A stretch of DNA of 64,000 nt from an uncultured Bacteroidota bacterium. Its GTDB lineage: Bacteria; Bacteroidota; Bacteroidia; Bacteroidales; P3. Made by a program: the position numbers and the translations under genes. The notes under the pieces are model-generated. The model saw nothing but the letters and a program-made list of their open reading frames with translations. It searched no databases and was not told where the DNA came from. Shown piece by piece: positions 44,732-54,300 of the stretch (the first letter of the stretch is position 1; the number at the start of each line of letters is the position of its first letter). The stretch lies in assembly GCA_902790215.1 (NCBI GenBank), contig CADAQX010000021.1:3601-67600 (forward strand), in the 5' to 3' direction.

Positions 44732-45790
44732 ATGATACATTTCGAACATCCCGTTATACTATGGTTCCTGCTCCTCATCCCCGTCTTCACTGGGCTGTGG
44801 ATTTGGTTCCTCTTCCGCAACAAGAAACGTCTCGAGCAATTCGCCGACCGCAGCATGTTCGGCCGCCTTATTCCCGACGCCTCGCGCTGGCGCCCCTCCA
44901 CCAAGTTCGGCCTCATCATGCTGGGCGCGGCATTTCTCATCCTGGCCCTGGCAAACCCGCAAGAGGGCAGCAAAATGGTCAAAGGTGAGCGCATAGGCAG
45001 CGACATCGCCATATGCCTCGACATATCCAACAGCATGATGGCCGAAGACATCCAGCCCAACCGGCTGGAGCGCAGCAAGCGCACCGTAAACAACCTGCTG
45101 AACAGCCTCGGCAGCGACCGCATATCGCTGGTGGTCTTTGCCGGCAGCAGCTACGTGCAGATGCCCCTGACCAACGACTACAGTGCCGTCAAACTATTCC
45201 TTGACCAAATCGACTGCAAACTTATCAGCACCCAGGGAACAGCCATCGGCGACGCCATCGGGAAGGCCATGGAGACCTTCGGCTACGGCGACCCCGACCG
45301 CGAATGGGTCAAGAACCAGGGGCGCGCCATCATCGTCATCTCCGACGGTGAGAACTTCGAGGACGACGCCGAGTCTGCAGCCCGCAAAGCCGCCTCCGAA
45401 GGCATCGTGGTGTGCACCATGGGCATGGGCCTCACCGAGGGGACTCCCATTCCCGAATACCGGGGCAACCAACGCATCGGATACAAACGCGACATCAACG
45501 GCAACACCGTCACGACCCACCTTGACGAAGCCACCCTCACCGCCATTGCCCACGCCGGCAAAGGCATCTATGTACGAGCCACCAACACGGGAGCCGGTGT
45601 GCAGGAAATCGTGCGTCTGATTGAAGGAATGGAAAAAGACCATTACGGTGAGGCCGTCTTCTCCGAATACGAGAGCCGCTACCAGTATCCCCTTGCCGCA
45701 GCACTGGTTTGCCTCCTTGCCGAGCTGCTCATATTTGAACGCCGCAACAAGAAAATCAACCTCGAGAAAATACTGCGCAACCGCAAATGA
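44732..45790 (+). CDS. batB: VWA-domain protein BatB
   Basis: DISNSM MIDAS motif, flanking TM helices and operon context. Confidence 0.85.
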   Translation: MIHFEHPVILWFLLLIPVFTGLWIWFLFRNKKRLEQFADRSMFGRLIPDASRWRPSTKFGLIMLGAAFLILALANPQEGSKMVKGERIGSDIAICLDISNSMMAEDIQPNRLERSKRTVNNLLNSLGSDRISLVVFAGSSYVQMPLTNDYSAVKLFLDQIDCKLISTQGTAIGDAIGKAMETFGYGDPDREWVKNQGRAIIVISDGENFEDDAESAARKAASEGIVVCTMGMGLTEGTPIPEYRGNQRIGYKRDINGNTVTTHLDEATLTAIAHAGKGIYVRATNTGAGVQEIVRLIEGMEKDHYGEAVFSEYESRYQYPLAAALVCLLAELLIFERRNKKINLEKILRNRK

Positions 45791-45838
45791 ACTATTGTGA
45801 CACAAAGAATTGACAAGACCATTTAGTTAATACGAATA

Positions 45839-46636
45839 ATGAAACACCTTTTAGCTATAAGTTTTTACCTTCTGGTTCTCCTCTCCGTCGTATCGGCACA
45901 AAGCCGCACCGTGCGTAAAGAGACCCGCCAGGGAAACCGGGAATACAAGGCAGAGCGCTACGACCGAGCCGAAGTGAACTACCGCCGCGCCCTGCACCAC
46001 GACAGCACCGCCTACCGTGCTCAATACAACCTCGGCAACACCCTCTACAGGCAGAAGAAGTACGACGAAGCCATCCAACACTACGACCGCGCCCTGCAAC
46101 AGCCCGACCTCAACGCCAACAAGCGTAGCCAGATACTCCACAACCGTGGCAACAGCTACCTGAAGGCCGGCCTCCAGAAAGAAAACCGCAGCGAGGGATT
46201 GCAACAGTTCCAGCAAGCTGTCAACGACTATCAGGAAGCCCTCAAACTCACCCCCAAGAACGACAACACCCGCTACAACCTCTCCTACGCCAAGAAACTC
46301 CTTCAGCAGGCACAGCAGCAGCAACAGCAACAAGGCGGTGGGCAAGACCAAAACGACAAGAAAGACAAGAAAGACAAAAACAAAGACCAAGGCGACAACG
46401 GTCAGGACAAACAACAGAACCAAGACCAACAGCAGAATCAGCAGCAACAGCAAAACCAGCAACAGCAGAAACAGCAACAACAAAAGCAACAACAGCAGAA
46501 GAAACAAGAGCAACAAAAGAAACAGGATGCCGAACGCCTGCTCGAAGCTGTCAAGAATAACGAAAAGAACACCATGAAAGAGAATGCCAAGAAATTAGAG
46601 GCTGCCACACCGCGCAACATCGAAAAAGACTGGTAA
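45839..46636 (+). CDS. batC: TPR protein BatC with a Gln-rich tail
   Basis: TPR repeats (YNLGNTLYRQKKYDEAIQHYDRAL) followed by a Q/K/D-rich low-complexity region of about 70 aa. Confidence 0.8.
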   Translation: MKHLLAISFYLLVLLSVVSAQSRTVRKETRQGNREYKAERYDRAEVNYRRALHHDSTAYRAQYNLGNTLYRQKKYDEAIQHYDRALQQPDLNANKRSQILHNRGNSYLKAGLQKENRSEGLQQFQQAVNDYQEALKLTPKNDNTRYNLSYAKKLLQQAQQQQQQQGGGQDQNDKKDKKDKNKDQGDNGQDKQQNQDQQQNQQQQQNQQQQKQQQQKQQQQKKQEQQKKQDAERLLEAVKNNEKNTMKENAKKLEAATPRNIEKDW

Positions 46637-46649
46637 ACTCAATATAAAG

Positions 46650-48479
46650 ATGAAAGTTGAAATGAAAAAACTCCTTCCCTTCTTAGTTTTCAGTATTTAC
46701 TTTATAGTTTCTACTGCACAGGAACTTACCGTCCGTGCCCCCGGCCGTGTCGATGTAGGCCGCCGTTTTGAGGTACGCTACGAAGTCAATGGGCAAGCCA
46801 GCGACTTCCGTGGCCCTTCGTTCAAAGGACTCAGCGTCCTTTCCGGCCCCAACGCCTCACGGCAGCAAGGCATGTCCATCATCAACGGACAGGTGTCGCA
46901 TACCTCCTCCACCGGCTTCACCTACATCATCCAAGCCGATGCCGAAGGCACCTTCAACATTGGCAGTGCCAGCTGTACCGTTGACGGAAAGAAAGTATCC
47001 TGCCAGGGATTCACCATCAAAGTAGAGAAGGGCAACCCCCAGCAACAGAACGCCTACAGCCAAGGCTCGGGGCAGTCGCGCCGCCAAGCCGCACAGCAGC
47101 CCGCCGCCTCGGGCAACATCGACGGCAATGCGCTTTTTGCCCGTGCCAGCATCAGCAAAAACAACCCCTACCAAGGCGAGCAGGTCATCCTGACCTATAA
47201 GATCTACACACAGGTGTCCCTCAGCCAGTACCAGATTGACAAACTGCCCGGCAACAAAGGTTTCTGGAGCGAGGATATCACCCGCGACGGAAGTGTGCGC
47301 CAATACGAGGAGACCGTCAACGGCCGTCGCTACATGGTGGCGGAGATTCGCCGCGGTGCTCTCTTTGCACAGGAGAGCGGCAAACTCACCATCGAGCCCC
47401 TCGACCTCGATGTCCTTGCCCTGGTCCAGCGGCAACGCCAGCGCACCGGCTCCATCTGGGATCTCTTCGACGACCCCTTCTTCAACCCCACCCAGGCCGT
47501 CGAAAAACACCTGCGCACCAACAGCATCAACCTGAACGTTAAAGCACTGCCAGCCGCACCCGACGGATTCAACGGAGCCGTGGGCAACTTCAGCGTCAAG
47601 GCAGAGACCGACACCCGCGAGGTGCGTGCCAACGAGGCCATCACCTACCGCCTGACTGTCACCGGCGCCGGCAACCTCATGCTCATCGACGCCCCGCAGA
47701 TTGCATTCCCGCAGGTCTTCGAAGTCTACGACCCGCAAATCAACGACAATATCACCCGCAGCAGCAACGGCATCAGCGGCAGCCGCACCTTCGAGTGGAT
47801 ACTCATCCCCCGCAATCAGGGAGACTACCAGATACCCGCCTTCTCCTTTGTCTTTTTCGACCCCAACACCGGCCGCTATGTCACCAAGAAAGTCGAGGCC
47901 ATCCCCGTCCACATCAACAAGGGTGACCCGAAATCCATGAAGAACGTCACCAGCAGCAAGAGCGACGTGAAACTGCTCAACAGCGACATCAACTACATCC
48001 GCACCCAGACCTCGAACCTCACCCCGCGCGATGCTCAGAACCGCACCCCCTGGTGGTTCTGGACCGTGCTGGTGCTCATCATTGTCGCCACCGTGGCCGC
48101 CATCCTCGTTGGCCGTCACCACTATGCACAGCAGCAGGACGTTGCCGGCATGCGGCTGCGCCGTGCCACCAAGATGGCGCGCAAGCGGCTCAAGACTGCC
48201 GCCGCCTTCCTCAACAGTGGCGACGACAACCGTTTCTACGAAGAGATATACAAAGCCATCTGGGGCTGTCTGGCCGACAAATACAACATACAGCTCTCGC
48301 GCCTCAGCAGCGACACCGTCCGCGACTGCCTCTCGGAGAAAAACGTGCCCGAAGAACAGCAGACACGCATCCTGCAAACCCTGCAGAAAGTCGACTTCGC
48401 CCGTTTCGCCCCCGGCGATGCCGCCTCCAAGAAGCAGGAAATCTACGATGAAGCCCTGCAAATGATAGTCATGATTTAA
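46650..48479 (+). CDS. batD: BatD-family protein
   Basis: Signal peptide, long beta-rich ectodomain, single TM near the C-terminus (WWFWTVLVLIIVATVAAILV), and operon position. An alternative start is at 46662. Confidence 0.8.
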   Translation: MKVEMKKLLPFLVFSIYFIVSTAQELTVRAPGRVDVGRRFEVRYEVNGQASDFRGPSFKGLSVLSGPNASRQQGMSIINGQVSHTSSTGFTYIIQADAEGTFNIGSASCTVDGKKVSCQGFTIKVEKGNPQQQNAYSQGSGQSRRQAAQQPAASGNIDGNALFARASISKNNPYQGEQVILTYKIYTQVSLSQYQIDKLPGNKGFWSEDITRDGSVRQYEETVNGRRYMVAEIRRGALFAQESGKLTIEPLDLDVLALVQRQRQRTGSIWDLFDDPFFNPTQAVEKHLRTNSINLNVKALPAAPDGFNGAVGNFSVKAETDTREVRANEAITYRLTVTGAGNLMLIDAPQIAFPQVFEVYDPQINDNITRSSNGISGSRTFEWILIPRNQGDYQIPAFSFVFFDPNTGRYVTKKVEAIPVHINKGDPKSMKNVTSSKSDVKLLNSDINYIRTQTSNLTPRDAQNRTPWWFWTVLVLIIVATVAAILVGRHHYAQQQDVAGMRLRRATKMARKRLKTAAAFLNSGDDNRFYEEIYKAIWGCLADKYNIQLSRLSSDTVRDCLSEKNVPEEQQTRILQTLQKVDFARFAPGDAASKKQEIYDEALQMIVMI

Positions 48480-48496
48480 CCAAGCCACTACAAATT

Positions 48497-48558
48497 GCGT
48501 TGATATGTTGATATGTTGATATGATGCGAGCCGTATAAACTTATCAACTTATCAACGG
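48497..48558 (-). repeat. GTTGATAAG/CATATCAAC word-hairpin, copy 3 (inverted orientation)
   Basis: The reverse complement equals the conserved core of copies 1 and 2. It lies between batD and batE. Confidence 0.85.
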
Positions 48559-48582
48559 ACAACGATAAATCATAAACTTACA

Positions 48583-49335
48583 ATGAAGAAAACAATCATA
48601 CTGCTCCTGCTGGCCACTGCAATCAGTGCCGCCGCCCAAACACCGCAAGCCCTGATGCAGCAGGGCAACGAAGCCTACACCAAAGGCGACTTTGCCGCCG
48701 CCGTACAAGCCTACAACGCCGTGCTGGATGCCGGATACCAATCGGCCGACCTCTACTACAACCTCGGCAACGCCCACTACCGGCTGGAAGAATACGGCCT
48801 CTCCATCCTCAACTACGAGCGTGCTCTGCGGCTCAGGCCCAATTTCCGCGACGCCAAGGAGAACCTCGACCTCGTGGACAGCAAAACCGAAGACAACATA
48901 TCCCAGCTGCCCGAAATCTTCCTCGTGCAATGGGCACACAGCGTCGTGGCTTGGTTCAGCCCCACAGGCTGGCGCGTCTGCACCCTCATCCTCCTGGCCA
49001 TTCTGGGTGCACTCGTCGTCCTCTTCCTCCTCAGCCGCGACTACAGCTGGCGCAAAGGAGCCCTCATCGGCGGCATAGCCACCCTCGTGCTTCTCCTCCT
49101 CTGCATAGCCTGCACCATCTCCTCCACCGTGCGGTACAACCGCCACAACCAAGCCATCGTCACCGTGCCCATGGCCGTAGTGAAGAGCTCGCCCGAAGAG
49201 AACAGTGTCGACAAACTCATCCTCCACGAAGGCACCAAAGTCGGAATAGACGAAACCCTCGGCGAATGGCACAAGATACACATCTCCGACGGCAACTCCG
49301 GATGGCTGACAGCAACAGACGTAACAATCATATAA
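48583..49335 (+). CDS. batE: TPR plus SH3 protein BatE
   Basis: TPR repeats, two TM helices and a C-terminal SH3-like segment (EWHKIHISDGNSGWL). Confidence 0.8.
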   Translation: MKKTIILLLLATAISAAAQTPQALMQQGNEAYTKGDFAAAVQAYNAVLDAGYQSADLYYNLGNAHYRLEEYGLSILNYERALRLRPNFRDAKENLDLVDSKTEDNISQLPEIFLVQWAHSVVAWFSPTGWRVCTLILLAILGALVVLFLLSRDYSWRKGALIGGIATLVLLLLCIACTISSTVRYNRHNQAIVTVPMAVVKSSPEENSVDKLILHEGTKVGIDETLGEWHKIHISDGNSGWLTATDVTII

Positions 49336-49383
49336 CTCAGGGCAACCTGAACCATCATATAGAATCCTAAAAAAAACAGCATC

Positions 49384-50655
49384 ATGAAAAGAACGACTCT
49401 GCTCCTCATGCTCTTGGCCTTCATCCCCTCCATGCTGGCCCAGGACAAAGTGAAATACATTGACGACGAGGAATGCGGCTGCGAACTTGTCTTCATCGAC
49501 GGCATCCAGACCACACAAAAGGGCGACCGCTTCGGTTTCAAACGCGAAGACGGCACCATCATCGTCCCCAACAAATACATGTTTGTCGACAAATTCCATG
49601 GCGAGTACTGCAAAGTCTACATGAACTACGACAGCTGCGGACTCATCAACCGCGACGGCGTCGAAATCATCCCCTGCCTCTACCAAGATGTCTTCTACCC
49701 CACCGACGGCATGATCATGGCCATAAAGGACAACCTCTACGGCTTCTTCGACACCACAGGCTCCTTGCGCATCCCCTTCACCTACCGTGCCGCCTCCACC
49801 TTCAATGAAGGGCTGGCTGTCGTGGCCGTCGACATCGACAGCGATCTGGTGAGCTACGGCTATATCGACCACGAAGGGAAAATCGTCATACCCGCGCAAT
49901 ACCAGTACGCCTACCCCTTCTACGAAGGCGTCGCCGTGGTCAAAGACTACGACCGCTACGGAATGATCGACAAAAACAACCGGGAAGTCTTCCCCATCAA
50001 ATTCGAGATACTCACCTCCATGTTCGAGGGCAACCTGTTTGCCGGCGACGATGACGGCCTCGCCATGTACAACAACAAATTCAAACGGCTCACCAAGCCC
50101 ATCTACACAAGTCTCGAAGGCAAGAGCGAAGGGCTCATACTCGTCAGCCGCGACAACAAATTCGGCTATCTCAACGAGAAAGGCAAAGAGGTCATCCCCT
50201 GCCAGTACGACCGCGCGGGTCTCTTCAAGGATGGTCGCGCCTACGTCTCCCTCAACGACAAATGGGGCATCATCGACCGCAAAGGCAACATCATCCTGCC
50301 CATCGAATACGACAACAGCGGCTACCGTAGCGAAGCCTACATCTACCACGACGGCCTCGCCCTCGTCGAAAAAGACCACCGCTACGGCTATGCCGACATC
50401 GAAGGCCGCCTGGTGGTTTACCCCAGCTTCGAAAACGCCTACCAATTCTCCGACGGCCTCGCTCCCGTGCTCCTCGGCGCATGGGGCTATATCGACACCA
50501 AGGGCGACTTCTTCATCCCGCCCGTCTTCGACATGGCCTCCCCCTTCGAGTGGGGCCGCGCCGAAGTGATTTACCGTGGCGAAGTCCACAAGATGAACAT
50601 CGAAGGCGAATGTGTCAAAAACTGTAAAAACGCACCCAAGTCATGGAGACCGTAG
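49384..50655 (+). CDS. WG-repeat (KWG) protein, secreted
   Basis: Signal peptide. At least 8 repeats of the type (K/R)(W/Y/F)G(Y/I/F)ID..G..VIP..YD. Confidence 0.8.
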   Translation: MKRTTLLLMLLAFIPSMLAQDKVKYIDDEECGCELVFIDGIQTTQKGDRFGFKREDGTIIVPNKYMFVDKFHGEYCKVYMNYDSCGLINRDGVEIIPCLYQDVFYPTDGMIMAIKDNLYGFFDTTGSLRIPFTYRAASTFNEGLAVVAVDIDSDLVSYGYIDHEGKIVIPAQYQYAYPFYEGVAVVKDYDRYGMIDKNNREVFPIKFEILTSMFEGNLFAGDDDGLAMYNNKFKRLTKPIYTSLEGKSEGLILVSRDNKFGYLNEKGKEVIPCQYDRAGLFKDGRAYVSLNDKWGIIDRKGNIILPIEYDNSGYRSEAYIYHDGLALVEKDHRYGYADIEGRLVVYPSFENAYQFSDGLAPVLLGAWGYIDTKGDFFIPPVFDMASPFEWGRAEVIYRGEVHKMNIEGECVKNCKNAPKSWRP

Positions 50656-51059
50656 CCACCCACGCCGGAACCGTCATCGCCTCCGGCAACAAGCAAGTCA
50701 AAGTCAAAATGGAGGTAATCAGTGCCTGCGCCTCGTGCGAAGCGCATGCCCGCTGCACCTTCTCCGAAAAGAAAGACAAAATCGTCGACATCGACACACC
50801 CGACTGGCGGCAATACTCACCCGGCGACCAGGTCACTGTCATCATCAACTCCGGCCACGGGCTCCTTGCCGTGCTCATCGCCTACGTGCTGCCGGCACTG
50901 CTCATCCTTGCCGTCTTTGCCCTGCTCTACGCCCTGCACCTCCCCGAACTCTGGATAGCCCTTGCCACGCTCCTCTCCGTCGGGATCTACTGCTTTGTGC
51001 TCTACCTCTACCGCCACCGTCTCCAGCGCAAATTCACCTTCCGGCTGCAGAAAAAATGA
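50643..51059 (+). CDS. RseC/MucC-family (SoxR-reducing system) membrane protein
   Basis: The N-terminal GTVIASGNKQVKVKMEVISACASCEAHARC Cys motif plus two TM helices. It overlaps the upstream gene by 13 nt. Confidence 0.75.
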   Translation: METVATHAGTVIASGNKQVKVKMEVISACASCEAHARCTFSEKKDKIVDIDTPDWRQYSPGDQVTVIINSGHGLLAVLIAYVLPALLILAVFALLYALHLPELWIALATLLSVGIYCFVLYLYRHRLQRKFTFRLQKK

Positions 51060-51097
51060 TGCGGGAATGCACGCACAGCCCTGACACCTTATAACTT

Positions 51098-51158
51098 CGA
51101 ATTTTGAATTTTGAATTTGAGACCCTCAACTCTAAACTCTCAACTCTAAACTCTCAAT
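51098..51158. repeat. Word repeats GAATTTT x3 followed by CTCAACTCTAAACT x2
   Basis: Read directly. Related to the heptamer arrays at 1535, 18523 and 58541. Confidence 0.8.
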
Positions 51159-51313
51159 CGAAAAGACAATAATTTGAAAAAAAAGTCTATCTTTGCAAAA
51201 TGAAAGAACCGCGCATCGCGGCACTTTTAATTTGAAAGAGAACGTTTTATATCCAACTAAGCCAGTTGGAAGATATTTTATTTTTCAGACTGGCAGGAGT
51301 GTTTCGACAACTT

Positions 51314-54300
51314 ATGAGAAAAATACTATTGTCTCTTATCGCATGGGTAACCCTATCGGCAACGCTGCAGGTGGCAGCATCGCCGGTAGATGCCGGAAAG
51401 GCCCGACAGGCCGCCTACAATTTCCTGAAGGCAAACGGAATTAAAATCAACAGGCTTACAGACATCACCGCACAGACGGGCTACCGCGAATTCTACGTCT
51501 TTGCAGGAACCGACGGCCGCGGCTTTGTGCTTGTGTCGGGCGACGACTGCGTAACGCCCATCCTCGGCTATTCTGCAACCGGGGCGTTCGTCACCGAGGG
51601 AATGCCCGCCAATCTGCGCCAGTGGCTTGACAGCTACGAGGACCAAATCCGCTTCTACCGCCACGCACAGCACCCCGGCGGCATCGCAACAGCCCCTGCC
51701 GGCAGCCCTGTACGGCAGCAATGGCAGCGCCTCATGTCGGGCAGTCTGCCCACACCTCCTTGCAACACCCCTGTGTCGCCGCTGATAACCACCGCCTGGG
51801 ACCAGCAGACCTTCTATAACAGCCTGTGCCCGTTCGACAGCACCGAGAACCTCCGCACCGTGACGGGATGCGTGGCAACCGCCACAGGCCAGCTGATGCG
51901 GTATTGGTCGCACCCCGACACCGGCTACGGCTCGCACTCCTTCCTCCACAGCACCTATGGAACCCTGAGCGCCAACTTCAACACCGGCTACAACTGGAGC
52001 GCCATGCCCGCACAGCTGACCTCCTCCAGCACCGCTGCCGAAGTGAATGCCGTCGCAACACTGCTCCACCACATCGGCGTGGCCGTGGAAATGAACTACG
52101 GCACCGCCACAACCCGCGGCAGCGGGGCCTATACCAACGGCGACGGACAAGCCAGCCGCCCCTCAGCCGAAAACGCCCTTCGCCACTACTTCAAATACAA
52201 GAGCAGCCTGCACCTCGTCAGAAAAGACGACGTGAGCGATTCGGCCTGGCGCGCCCTACTCAGGAATGAACTGGACAACGGCCGCCCGGTCATCTACGAC
52301 GGCTACGACACAGCCTCCGGCCACACATTCCTCTGCGACGGCTACGACAGCACTGGCCTGTTCCACTTCAACTGGGGATGGAGCGGCAATTCCGACGGCT
52401 ACTACGCCATAGGGCACCTCGACTTCGCCGGTTCGTCGGCATACCATTCCTACAATCTGCGCAACTCCGTCCTCATCGGCATCGAACCCAACAACGCCTT
52501 CGGCTCCAACACCGTGGTATCGGCCACAGCCAACAACAGCGGCTACGGCTCCACAAGCGGCAGCGGCACCTACAGCGGCACAGGCAGCACCCTCGTCACC
52601 CTCACCGCCACCGCCGTCACCGGGAACCGCTTCACCGGCTGGAGCGACGGCTACAAGTACAACCCGCGCCTGTTCTATGCCAACGGGGGCAACTACTCCT
52701 TCACAGCCAACTTCGAGCCGCTGACAGGCGACACCCTGAGCCACTGCAACGGCACATATATTGCCCGGGCAGGCATGAACTCCGGCACCTCCTACTGGGG
52801 CATCCGGCTGCCGGCCTCGGTGCTCACTCCCGGCCACGACCTCACCGCGGCCATGCTCTATGTTCTCGAGCCGGGCAACTACACCCTGAACATCTACACC
52901 GGCAGCTCCTCGCCCACCACCCTGGTGCACACACAGGCCTTCACCGCCACAGCCGCACAAACCAAAAACTGGCTCTCCGTGCCCCTCACCGCTCCCGTCG
53001 CCGTGTCGGGCAGCCAGTCAATCTGGATTACCTTCAACAGCACAGGCCTCTACCAACCCGCCGCCCTCACCTACTACAGCGGCAGCAACCACTCCCGCCT
53101 CTGGGGCAGCTCCTACACGCCCAACACCTCCTGGAACTACAGCTTCATGGTGCGCGGAGTCTTCACCGCACCGCCGGTCTATGAAGACACCGTCTCCTAC
53201 TGCGGCGACGACACAGCAACGCTCTATGTCGGCTCGCAACGCAACATCTGGTGGGGCATCCGGCTGCCGCCGGCAATGCACCAGCATCGCCAATACCTCA
53301 CCGACGTGATGCTCTTTGTGGACACTGCGGGAGACTACGACATACAGATTTTCCAAGGCGACACCACCTGCGATTCCACTCGCAGCGCCTCCTTCTCGAC
53401 AACCTTCACCGCCTCGGCCGCCTACACCTGGCAAATCATCCACATCCCCTTCCCCGTCACCCTTATCGACAGCCTGCCCCTGTGGATCACGTTCCACAAC
53501 GGTGTGGCACGCTACCCCGCATCCATGACCAACTACACCGGCGACAGCAACAGCTGCCTCGTTTGGCGTCCCGCCGAAAACACCTGGCGCAGCCTCTATG
53601 CCGCCTCCCACGGCAACGTGAGCGGGTCTTGGATGATCAAGGCCGTCTTCTCCAACCTGGCGCCCATGCCCTTCACCCTTGCCGGCCCCGTGTCGGTGGG
53701 CGTTGACATCCCCGCCGCCTACACCGTCAGCTGCCCCTATCCCGCCTCCTTCAACTGGACCGTGACGGGCGCCCTCCTCGACACCGCTGCGGGAACGGCG
53801 ATAACCGCCCTGTGGGACACCGCCGGCGACTACACCGTGGCCCTGAGCGCCGAATATGGCGGAGTGCTGATGGCCGACACCCTGCTGGTCGAAGTGCATT
53901 CGTGCAACAACAACACCTTCCCCTATGCCATGGGCTTCGAAGTGACCGACGACCTCTCGTGCTGGCGATTCATCGACCGCGAGGGCGACGGCCACACATG
54001 GACCCATACAACTGGCGACTCCACCCTGGCCCACCAAGGCTCCGGAGCCATCGTCTCCACCTCGCGCGGCGGCGCCTCCTCAACGAGGCCTACCGACAAC
54101 TGGATAGTCTCGCCCCGCATGCAACTGGATTCCGGCCACTACTACCAGCTCATGTGGTACGACCGTGCCGCCGATGCATCGCACCTGTCGGGCCACTACT
54201 CGGTCTATATCTCCACCACGGGCAGCCACGTGGAGGATTTCAACGGCATGGCACTGTTCCAGACCACACCCTCCTCCGACCAATACACCCTGCGCACCCT

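Noticed and set aside
51193-51444. 83-aa ORF upstream of and overlapping the C10 protease start.
   Set aside because: It overlaps the protease signal-peptide region in another frame and has no motifs. It is more likely part of the 5' leader.
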